From the NCBI GenBank assembly GCA_049582705.1, contig JBAUUM010000988.1:1-51100 (forward strand): a stretch of DNA of 51,100 bases, read 5' to 3'. This document shows positions 1 through 7,819 of the stretch, piece after piece. Position numbers and translations under genes: made by a program. Position 1 is the stretch's first letter. Each line of letters opens with the position of its first letter. The notes under the pieces were generated by a model. The model did no database searches. It was not told the DNA's origin and worked only from the letters and a program-made list of their open reading frames with translations. Source of the DNA: Actinocatenispora sp. (GTDB lineage Bacteria; Actinomycetota; Actinomycetes; Mycobacteriales; Micromonosporaceae).

Positions 1-38
1 GGCCCGGTCGTCGGGAACGGCCGCGGTCCTGGTGTGGG

Positions 39-1502
39 CTAGAGGATCTCGGGCGTGAGGTCGGGATCGGGCATGTCCGGGTCGAACGGGAACAGCGGTC
101 GCCGCACGCCGTGATGCCCCAGCCGCACCAGATCCTGGTCCACGCCGCCGGGCGTCAGCGCCAGCAGCCAGTCCGCGGCCAGCTCGTACAGTTCCGGCTC
201 CAGGTAACCGATCTTGACGACCACCAGATCGGTACCGGCCGGGTCGAGGCCGAGCAGGGTGAAGTCGGCGAGGTGATGGTACGGCTTGCGCCGTGACGTC
301 AGGATCGCGTGCAGCCCGCCGACCCGTACCACGGCCGTGGTCCCGCCGACCGGATCCTCGGCGACCGAGAACACGGTCCCGGCGAGAGGCACCGGACCGG
401 ACGGTCCCGCGTCCACCCGGCCGCCCGCCCGTACCGACACGGTGCCGCCGACTCCGGCCGTCACGCAGGCCGCCACCGCCTCGGCGTCGGTGATGCTGGC
501 GTGGATGGCGGTGGCCCGCCCCGAGGTGAGCTCCTCGACACCCAACAGCTGGCCGAGCGTCCACGACACGTCGCCCGCCCCACCCGCGGTCGGGTTGTCC
601 CCCGAGTCGCTGATCAGGAACGGACGCGCGGAACTCGCCAGCCCGGCCGTCACGCACTCGGCCAGGTTGCCGGTCGGCGCGACGAACGAGAACTCCGCCC
701 GGGCCCGCCAGTACGACCGGGCCAGCTCCGTCGCGCGGGCGGTGATCAGCGCCCGGTCGTCCCCGGTCACCACGACCGCGGCCCGACACCGTGGCTCGTC
801 CGCCCAGGCGTAGCCGACCCAGACGGCGGCGTCGAGTACGCCCGGCTCGTCGGCGACGGCCGCGACCCGGTGGTAGATCGACGCCGCGGGCTCGATCCGG
901 GTGGATGTCTTCTCCCCGGGCAGCAGCACCGGAACCTGGACCCAGGCCCGGCCCGGCGTACCCAGCCCGGCACGCAGCCGCTCCACCAGGTTGTGGGCGG
1001 CGCGCTCCCGGCTCTCGTCGGCGTCCTCGTGCGGTGCCATCCGGTAGCAGGTGATCAGGTCCACCGCGACCGCCAGTTCGCGGGACACGTTGCCGTGCAG
1101 GTCCATCGACGCCGACACCAGCACGTCCGGGCCGACCACGGTACGGATCCGGCCGGCCAGGTCCGCCTCCACGTCCTGCCGGCCGACGACGCTCATCGCG
1201 CCGTGGATGTCGAGCAGCAGACCGTCGAGGCCGCCCGCCGCGCCGAGCCGCGTCACGATCTCCGAGGACAGCTCGTCGTACACCTCGGGCAGTACCGCCC
1301 CGCCGGGCAGCGACCGCGCGTGCAGCAGCGGCACCCACTCCACCCCGGCCGCCCACGGCGCGGCGAGCCAGTCGTACCGGGCCAGCAGGTGCTCCCCGCG
1401 ACGCACGTCGAAGTCCGCCATGCCGGTGCGGTGCGGCGAGAACGTACTGGACTCGATGGCGATGCCGGCGATGCCGATCCGGAGTGGACGGGTGGCGGTC
1501 AT
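39..1502 (-). CDS. MlrC-like M81 family metallopeptidase
   Basis: N-terminal IAIESSTFSP, LDIHGAM, SMDLHGN, YRMAPHED, DSGDNPTAGG motifs typical of MlrC/DUF1485 proteins; start chosen at MTATRPLRIG. Confidence 0.85.
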   Translation of the reverse strand: MTATRPLRIGIAGIAIESSTFSPHRTGMADFDVRRGEHLLARYDWLAAPWAAGVEWVPLLHARSLPGGAVLPEVYDELSSEIVTRLGAAGGLDGLLLDIHGAMSVVGRQDVEADLAGRIRTVVGPDVLVSASMDLHGNVSRELAVAVDLITCYRMAPHEDADESRERAAHNLVERLRAGLGTPGRAWVQVPVLLPGEKTSTRIEPAASIYHRVAAVADEPGVLDAAVWVGYAWADEPRCRAAVVVTGDDRALITARATELARSYWRARAEFSFVAPTGNLAECVTAGLASSARPFLISDSGDNPTAGGAGDVSWTLGQLLGVEELTSGRATAIHASITDAEAVAACVTAGVGGTVSVRAGGRVDAGPSGPVPLAGTVFSVAEDPVGGTTAVVRVGGLHAILTSRRKPYHHLADFTLLGLDPAGTDLVVVKIGYLEPELYELAADWLLALTPGGVDQDLVRLGHHGVRRPLFPFDPDMPDPDLTPEIL

Positions 1503-1590
1503 CCGCCCACCCTGCCACGCACCGGCGCCCACGGGCCATCGGTTCCCACGGCCGGTACCACGGTGTTCGTCGCGCCCGCAGCCGGATGCG

Positions 1591-1687
1591 CACGCTCCGG
1601 CCAGGGCGCGCTCCGGCCAGGGCGCGTCCCGGTCGGGTCGCGCTCCGGCCGGGTCACGCTCCGGTCAGGGGTGCACTCCGGTCAGGG
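1591..1687. repeat. Degenerate tandem repeat, about 6 copies of a 16-bp unit (consensus CRCGCTCCGGYCAGGG)
   Basis: Units read directly at 1591, 1607, 1623, 1639, 1655 and 1672. Confidence 0.75.
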
Positions 1688-3829
1688 CGCGTCCGGGTCC
1701 CAGGGATCCGCGGCGTGGCCCCGATCGTCGAGCCCGTACCGCCGGAGGCATCGAGCGGTGTCCGGGTCGCCGGCCCGCTCCCGCGACCGGACCAGTTCCG
1801 CCAGCGATCCGTCGACGCCACGGGCGGCGGCCCGGTGCGCCAGGTCCTCCGCCCCGCCGACGTCGCCGGCCAGTTCCCGCTGCCGGGCCAGCATCCACAA
1901 CGGCTCGGGGTCGCCGTGGTCCACGGCCGACAGGGCGAGACGTTCCGCGTCGGCGTGGTCGCCGGCCTTCGCCCGCCGCTCGCACAGCTCCCGCAGCGCC
2001 TCGGTGTCGCCGTACCCACCGGCCAACCGGAGCAGGCGTTCGGCGTCGTCGTGGTCGCCGGCCTCGTCCCGCCGCCAGGCCAGCTCGACCAGGGCCTCGG
2101 TACCACCGTGGTCGGCGGCGTGCCGGGCGAGGCGTTCCGCGCCGTCGTGGTCGCCCTCCCGTTCCCACCGCTGGGCCAGATCGCGCAGGGGTCTGGTGTC
2201 GCCGTGGGTGGCCGCCTGCCGGAGGAGGCGTTCGGCGCCGGCCTGTTCCCGCTGCCGCGCCAGGTCCACCAGCGCGCGGGTGTTGCCGTAGGTCGCGGCG
2301 CCGAGGGCGAGACGCTCCGCGTCGGCGTGGTCGCCGGACTTCTCGCGCAGCCGGGCCAGGTCGACCAGCGCCCGGGTGTTGCCGTACGCGGCGGTGCGCA
2401 CCGCGAGGCGTTCGGCACGGTCGTGGTCGCCCGCCTTCGCCCGCCGTACGGCCAGTTCCCGCAGCGCCCCGGTGTTGCCCTGTTCGGCGGCCCGGACGGC
2501 GAGAACCTCGGCATCGTCGTGGTCGCCCGCCTGCGCCCGCCGGTGTGCCAGTACCCGCAGCGCCTCGATCGCGTCGTGGTCGGTGGCCGGCTCGCGACGC
2601 GGTCCATCGACGCGGCGGTGGGTGTCCGCCCGTTCCCCGCCGAGTTCGGCGGCGCGCCGGCCCAGCTGGTACGCACGGAGCAGGAGACCCCTGCGGTGGG
2701 CGGCGTTCCCCAGCTCGCCGAGGATCCGGGGATCGGCGCAGGTGTGGCATGCCGCATCCCAGAAGCTGGCCGGCGGGAACGTCGTTTTCCGTACGGCCCG
2801 GCCGAACTGGTCGAGGCAACCGGCCAGCTGGTATCCGTCGGACGTGGCGTCGGCCCGCAGGCGGGTCAGCGGTCCGGCGGTTCCCCGGCACGGCCGGGTG
2901 AGGTCGGCCAGCGCGGCGGCGAACCAGGCGTCACCCGCCGGGGTCCGGTGCCGGGCATCGGGGTCGAGGTAGCCCGGCGCCGCCCGCTGGAGAAACCCGG
3001 CCGGCAGGTACCGCCAGGAGCTGAGCCGGCGGGCGTCCATCGCCGCGTGGACGACGGCGCGGACGTGGTCGTCGGCGTGGTCGTACCGGCGGAGGAGTTC
3101 GGGAACACCAGCCAGGTACCGGGTCAGCCGGCCGCGCCCGTGCCGTACCGCCAGCGCCAGTCGGAGGTCGCCGCGGACCCGCTCGTCGTACCGGTCGAGA
3201 TCCTCGCCGTCGAACGAGGACGGAACCCGGATGAGGCGGCTCCCCGCCAGCAGGGCCCGGGCCTCCGGGTGGCCGTCGTCGCTGGGATCGGTCAGCTCCC
3301 TCCAGTGCTCCGGCCACAGCGAGCCGAGGACCACCACCGGACCGCCGCCGTCCCGGACCACCAGGTCCACCAGGGCGGCGGCCAGCCGTTCACCCACCTC
3401 GGCCGGCACCAGGTACCGCTGGGCGTCGTCCAGCCACAGAACCGTGCGTGGGCCGACGCGCCCCTCCCGCAACGCCCGCTCCACCACGTCCGGACCGTCC
3501 GAGGGCAGCGGGTGCCACACCCGCCACTCGGGCAGTGTGGCCCGCACCGCCTCGAAGCACGCCCGGGTCGTACCCGTCGAGGCTTCTCCCAGCAGCATGA
3601 CCACCTTGCTGTGACGGCTCACCCGGGCCAGTTCGGCACGCAGCTCGTCGTCGTGCGGTCGGGGCAGGTAGTCCGGCAGCGCCGGCAAACCCGCCTGCCG
3701 TACCGCGATCGCCGGACGGACCCCGAGGGCCAGCGCGTCCGCCTCGTCCAGCTCGTCGACCGGTCGTCCGAGCGGCGCCGCGGCACCTGCCCCCGTCGGC
3801 GGAGAAGACGCTGGCGGCGTCGGCATCAT
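1682..3829 (-). CDS. P-loop NTPase-like domain fused to C-terminal TPR/Sel1-like helical repeats
   Basis: Walker A-like VVMLLGEASTGTTR and Walker B-like VLWLDDAQ; about 7 repeats of GDH(D/A)xAERLA...GxTxALxxLA; ATGA overlap with upstream gene. Confidence 0.75.
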   Translation of the reverse strand: MMPTPPASSPPTGAGAAAPLGRPVDELDEADALALGVRPAIAVRQAGLPALPDYLPRPHDDELRAELARVSRHSKVVMLLGEASTGTTRACFEAVRATLPEWRVWHPLPSDGPDVVERALREGRVGPRTVLWLDDAQRYLVPAEVGERLAAALVDLVVRDGGGPVVVLGSLWPEHWRELTDPSDDGHPEARALLAGSRLIRVPSSFDGEDLDRYDERVRGDLRLALAVRHGRGRLTRYLAGVPELLRRYDHADDHVRAVVHAAMDARRLSSWRYLPAGFLQRAAPGYLDPDARHRTPAGDAWFAAALADLTRPCRGTAGPLTRLRADATSDGYQLAGCLDQFGRAVRKTTFPPASFWDAACHTCADPRILGELGNAAHRRGLLLRAYQLGRRAAELGGERADTHRRVDGPRREPATDHDAIEALRVLAHRRAQAGDHDDAEVLAVRAAEQGNTGALRELAVRRAKAGDHDRAERLAVRTAAYGNTRALVDLARLREKSGDHADAERLALGAATYGNTRALVDLARQREQAGAERLLRQAATHGDTRPLRDLAQRWEREGDHDGAERLARHAADHGGTEALVELAWRRDEAGDHDDAERLLRLAGGYGDTEALRELCERRAKAGDHADAERLALSAVDHGDPEPLWMLARQRELAGDVGGAEDLAHRAAARGVDGSLAELVRSRERAGDPDTARCLRRYGLDDRGHAADPWDPDAP

Positions 3830-4332
3830 GCCGAAGCCGGCCGCGCCTCGGCGAGCCGTTTCAGGTTCAGCAGCTGGCGCCGTGCCATGATCAGGTCGCC
3901 GACGGACACGCCGACGGCGACCACGCGCGTGGTCCGCATGACGACCTTGAGCAGCAGGCGCGTCGCGTCACGATCCCGCGGCACCAGGACGTACGACATG
4001 AAGGCGCCCATGATGCTGCTCGTCAGCTGGGTGCCCGGCTCGACGGAGACGATCCGGCCCAGTGCGCGGCCGCCGGAGGCGGTGAAACTCTCCCCGACCC
4101 GGGGTTCGGGAAGGCCGACCAGTTCGCGCGGCGAGCGGCGGCCACGGTTGTCGATCCAGTCGTACGAGTACGGCGCGAGGCGCACCTGCGCGACCCACGG
4201 CCAGACCGCGTCGGCGGGCGCCTCGACGGTCACGCCCCGCCACGCCTGCAGGGTGGGCTCGGCGACGAAGTCGTCGCACGGGTACGGGCGGGCGATCTCG
4301 CTGTCGCTGACGCCCCAGCGGTCGCCGATCAT
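3826..4332 (-). CDS. SRPBCC/polyketide cyclase-like protein
   Basis: C-terminal part of the 3826..5850 ORF: MIGDRWGV...AWRGVTVEAPADAVWPWVAQ...YSYDWIDN...RRQLLNLKRLAE, typical SRPBCC N-terminal motif and C-terminal helix. Confidence 0.75.
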   Translation of the reverse strand: MIGDRWGVSDSEIARPYPCDDFVAEPTLQAWRGVTVEAPADAVWPWVAQVRLAPYSYDWIDNRGRRSPRELVGLPEPRVGESFTASGGRALGRIVSVEPGTQLTSSIMGAFMSYVLVPRDRDATRLLLKVVMRTTRVVAVGVSVGDLIMARRQLLNLKRLAEARPASA

Positions 4333-4400
4333 GCGTCCATCCTCCACCCCGGGTGCCAGCCGGTCGCCGACGCGGCGGGGCGCCGCCTGATGGGACCCCT

Positions 4401-4434
4401 TTGACAACGCCCTTCGCGCTTTGACAACGTTGTC
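4401..4434 (+). promoter_or_regulatory. Duplicated TTGACAACG (-35-like) with perfect palindrome GACAACGTTGTC; probable LacI-family operator
   Basis: TTGACAACG at 4401 and 4421; palindrome 4423-4434 with central AACGTT; 43 nt upstream of a secreted glycoside hydrolase-like gene. Confidence 0.6.
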
Positions 4435-4476
4435 CTTTCCGTTTCGAGCGCATTCGTTACCCCCTCGGAGGACGTC

Positions 4477-6099
4477 ATGCAGCGACGACCAGAGCCCCCT
4501 CCCGCGCACCCCACCCGCCGCCGTCTGCTCGCCCTGCTCGGGGCGGCCGGTGCCGGTACCGCACTCGGCGTGGCGACCTCCGGCGCACCCGCCGCGGCGT
4601 CCACCGGGATGTCCTGGCCGAAGGGACAGGCGCTGCCGCACTTCGCCACGCCCCACGCCCTCGACGTGGTCGACCTGTCCAGCGCATCCGACGACGACCA
4701 GCTGCTGTTCACCACCCTGCAGGGCCTGGTGAACCGGAGCCAGCCGCGCATCGCCGTACTGCGACCGGCCGACGAGGGCGAGACGACCTGGCTGGACACC
4801 GTCGGTGTGCCGTACCACGCCGTGGACGATCCGTGGACCCTGGTCCGGCGGTACCGCCGGCACATCAAGGGCGTGGTGGTCACCGATCCGGCGCTGCCGG
4901 CCACCCGCAACGTGGCGACCACCATCGCCGGCCTGGAGGACGGCATCGTCGCCGCCCCCGACCAGCTGGACCGGCTCGCCGACCTGACCGTGCTGGCCGA
5001 CCTGCGCGGCCGGTTCAGCACCGACGTCGACGCGTACGGCTGGGCCATCGACCACCTGTGGCCGCACACCGAGCACCGGCTGCTGGTCGGTCTCGACCCG
5101 GAGGAGACGCTCTCCTACGCGCGTGACTACGCGGTGGCGACCCGCGCGTTGACGCTGTGGATCCACCCCGACATCCCCGAGTCGCGGGCGCTGGGTGACA
5201 AGGTGATGGCGCGGATGCCGGCCGGCTCGGCGTTCCTGGGCTGGTGGCCCGCCGGCGTGGGCGGCGAGAGCGACGGAACCGAGCTGACCTCCCGGCACGG
5301 CCTGGTGGTACTCGCCGCCGACTGGGCGCAGAACCTCACGGTGTTCGGCGGCGTCCGCAGCCGGGTGTCGTCCCACCAACCGGCGCTGCCGGTCCCCGCG
5401 TTGGCGAACCGTGTGTACGTCACCTTCTCCATGACCGAGGGCGACAACCTGCAGTACAACCAGCACCGGATGCGGCAGATCTGGGACGACCCGGGTCGGG
5501 GCACGGTGCCGGTCAACTGGTCGACCAACCCGCTGCTCGCCGACGCGGCGCCCGCGTTCCTGCGGTACTTCCAGCGCACCGCCACCGACAACGACTACCT
5601 GATGGCCGGGCCGTCCGGCGCCGGCTACGCGTACCCCACGCCGTGGCCCGACGACACGTTCGACGCGTTCACCGGCATGACCGCCCGGTACATGCGGGCG
5701 ACCGGCATGGACTCCGCGGTGATCCTGAACCGGGTCGGCGGCGACGACGTGCCGCTGTCGGATGCCGAGGCCGCCCGGTACATCCGGGCCGTACGGCCGC
5801 TGGGTCTGTTCAAGGACTGGACCGACCACACCGAGACCACGGTCCTGCACGGCGACACACCCCAGTCGGTCAGCTACCTGACCAGCAGCGTGGCCGAGGC
5901 GAAGGACGCCATCGCCGAGGCCGCGTCCGGTTGGTCCGGTGACGGCCCGCTGTTCCTGTCGATCGGCATCCTGTCCTGGAACATGACGCCCACCGACGTG
6001 GCGACCGTCGCCGGCTCGCTCGGCGACCCCTACACGGTGGTCCGCGGCGACCAGTACTTCCGGCTCGCCCGCAAGGCCCTCGGCCTGCCCGCGCGCTGA
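4477..6099 (+). CDS. Tat-secreted GxGYxYP-family putative glycoside hydrolase
   Basis: Twin-arginine signal TRRRLLALLG; TLQGLVNR, EGDNLQY and GPSGAGYAYP motifs; GGAGG RBS. Confidence 0.85.
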   Translation: MQRRPEPPPAHPTRRRLLALLGAAGAGTALGVATSGAPAAASTGMSWPKGQALPHFATPHALDVVDLSSASDDDQLLFTTLQGLVNRSQPRIAVLRPADEGETTWLDTVGVPYHAVDDPWTLVRRYRRHIKGVVVTDPALPATRNVATTIAGLEDGIVAAPDQLDRLADLTVLADLRGRFSTDVDAYGWAIDHLWPHTEHRLLVGLDPEETLSYARDYAVATRALTLWIHPDIPESRALGDKVMARMPAGSAFLGWWPAGVGGESDGTELTSRHGLVVLAADWAQNLTVFGGVRSRVSSHQPALPVPALANRVYVTFSMTEGDNLQYNQHRMRQIWDDPGRGTVPVNWSTNPLLADAAPAFLRYFQRTATDNDYLMAGPSGAGYAYPTPWPDDTFDAFTGMTARYMRATGMDSAVILNRVGGDDVPLSDAEAARYIRAVRPLGLFKDWTDHTETTVLHGDTPQSVSYLTSSVAEAKDAIAEAASGWSGDGPLFLSIGILSWNMTPTDVATVAGSLGDPYTVVRGDQYFRLARKALGLPAR

Positions 6100-6106
6100 C
6101 GGCGTG

Positions 6107-6145
6107 CCGCGGCCCGTACCGGTCCCCGGTCGGTACGGGCCGCGG
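6107..6145 (+). terminator. GC-rich hairpin, probable terminator
   Basis: 15-bp perfect stem CCGCGGCCCGTACCG / CGGTACGGGCCGCGG just after stop codon. Confidence 0.65.
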
Positions 6146-6190
6146 GGCCGGGTCCGGACGGGCCGCGGGGCCGGCCGCGGTCGCCGGGAC

Positions 6191-6218
6191 CGATGAGTTT
6201 TGCGCGCTCGCGGGGTCT
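6191..6218 (+). promoter_or_regulatory. Putative SigG/ECF56-type promoter CGATGA-N18-GTCT
   Basis: Same motif and spacing recur at 36496-36523 upstream of another gene. Confidence 0.5.
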
Positions 6219-6276
6219 ACCCGGTTGTGAGGTGCTGTACTGGCACGCAACCGACCCTCGGCGAGGGGAGCCCGAT

Positions 6277-6960
6277 GTGACCGGCAAGCCGTTACCTCCG
6301 GTTGTCGACGAGTCCAGCTGGCGGCGCCAGCTCCAGGAGCTGCGCGCCCGGGAGAAGGCCGCCACCAGGGAACTGGACGCCATCGCGGCGCAGCGACGGC
6401 AGCTGCCGATGGTGCGGCTGCCGGAGTACACGCTGCGGGGACCGGACGGCCCCGTCCGACTCGTCGACGTGTTCGACGGAAAGTCCCAACTGATCGTCTA
6501 CCACCACATGTGGTCACCGGGGCAGCAGTGGCAGTGCCCGGGCTGCACCGGTTTCACGTCCCAGTTCTGGAAACTGGAGTTCCTCGACGAGTACGACGCC
6601 CGCTTCGTCATCGTCACCCAGGGGCCCATCGAGGAGGCCCTCGCGTACAAGCGGCGGGTCGGCAACGCGATGGACTGGTACTCCACCGCCGAGAGTTCGT
6701 TCGGCGCCGACATGGGTGCGCCGCCGGAGGGCGGATTCGCGGTCAACGTGTTCCTGCGCGACGGCGACACCGTGCACCGCACCTGGCACACCGACGGTCG
6801 CGGCACCGAGCAGCTGAGCCACACGTTCCCGCTGATCGACCTCCTCCCGTACGGCAGGCAGGAGGAGTGGCAGCAGGTCCCGGAAGGCTGGCCGCAGGCG
6901 CCGACGTACAGCCACTGGTTGGGCTCGGAACGGTACGCCCGGTACGGCACGGGGGCCTGA
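6277..6960 (+). CDS. DUF899 thioredoxin-like protein
   Basis: REKAATRELDAIAAQRRQLPMV, LIVYHHMW, CPGC, LLPYGRQEEW motifs. Confidence 0.85.
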   Translation: MTGKPLPPVVDESSWRRQLQELRAREKAATRELDAIAAQRRQLPMVRLPEYTLRGPDGPVRLVDVFDGKSQLIVYHHMWSPGQQWQCPGCTGFTSQFWKLEFLDEYDARFVIVTQGPIEEALAYKRRVGNAMDWYSTAESSFGADMGAPPEGGFAVNVFLRDGDTVHRTWHTDGRGTEQLSHTFPLIDLLPYGRQEEWQQVPEGWPQAPTYSHWLGSERYARYGTGA

Positions 6961-7101
6961 GCGCACCGGTCGCACCCGGTACGGCCACCGCGTCGCGCCG
7001 TGGGCGTGGGAAAGCCCGGCCCGGCGATGGTGAAACGCCGGTCATGCCGGCACAGCGCGCCCACAACCCGTGCCGGAGCCCGGAGGATGCGCGGCGACCG
7101 G

Positions 7102-7127
7102 GTGTGCGGACCTCGCGGTATGGGTAG
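7102..7127 (+). promoter_or_regulatory. SigB/SigF-like stress promoter GTGT-N16-GGGTAG
   Basis: Motif 10 nt upstream of small membrane ORF and csbD-like gene; same spacing recurs at 39226. Confidence 0.55.
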
Positions 7128-7136
7128 ACCACGGTC

Positions 7137-7292
7137 ATGTGGTTACTCATTGCGGTACTGCTGTTGGCCCTGATTCTGGGGGGTGTGGGCTTCGCCGCCC
7201 ACGCGTTGTGGATCGTGGCCGTGATCGTGCTGGTCCTCTGGCTCGTCGGATTCTTCGCCAAGTCGGGAGGGAAGCGCTGGTACCGCTGGTAG
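7137..7292 (+). CDS. Small hydrophobic membrane protein (51 aa), absent from ORF track
   Basis: MWLLIAVLLLALILGGVGFAAHALWIVAVIVLVLWLVGFFAKSGGKRWYRW; two hydrophobic segments and RWYRW tail seen in actinobacterial small stress proteins. Confidence 0.8.
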   Translation: MWLLIAVLLLALILGGVGFAAHALWIVAVIVLVLWLVGFFAKSGGKRWYRW

Positions 7293-7333
7293 CCGGCATC
7301 GGCTACCACCGCAAGGCAAAGGGGGGAAGCGTT

Positions 7334-7507
7334 GTGAGCGCCTCGGACAAGGCAGAGAACAAGAAGGACGAACTGGTAGGTGGCGCGAAGAAGAAGTTGG
7401 GTGAGGCCACCGACGACCCGCAACGGGAGGCCGAGGGGGAGGTCCAGAAGGACAAGGGCCATCTCGGACAGGCCGCCGAGAAGGTCAAGGACACCTTGCG
7501 CGACTGA
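7334..7507 (+). CDS. CsbD-like general stress protein
   Basis: SASDKAENKKDELVGGAKKKLGEATDDPQREAEGEVQKDKGHLGQAAEKVKD. Confidence 0.85.
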   Translation: MSASDKAENKKDELVGGAKKKLGEATDDPQREAEGEVQKDKGHLGQAAEKVKDTLRD

Positions 7508-7520
7508 CGACACCGGTGCG

Positions 7521-7558
7521 CGGATCGGCCCCCACCCGAGCGGGTGGGGGCCGATCCG
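7521..7558 (+). terminator. Perfect inverted repeat, probable terminator
   Basis: CGGATCGGCCCCCACCCG / CGGGTGGGGGCCGATCCG (18-bp arms). Confidence 0.75.
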
Positions 7559-7819
7559 TGTCGACATCCCGGTCGACATCCTTGGCCGCCGTGGCTCCCG
7601 ATTCCCGACCCGTACCCGTGTCGTGCCGATGTGCTGGGATGCAACGGATCGCGGGTGGGCCGCCACCGAGCGCGACCGTCGTCGGTCCACTCGCGACGAT
7701 GATCGCTGACGATCCGAACTTCGTGGGTGACCCGGCGTGGTGGCACAGACCAAGGATTCGCGGGCTTTTCACCACCGTCTACCGTAGGGAGGTCAGATAC
7801 ACATCCATGGGGGATTCTG

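Noticed and set aside
1591..1687. Possible CRISPR array
   Set aside because: Units are 16 bp, contiguous and lack spacers; no cas genes are present.
7559..7581. TGTCGA within a GTCGACATCC direct repeat as a further ECF42 promoter
   Set aside because: No CGWC element at the 17-nt spacing on either strand.
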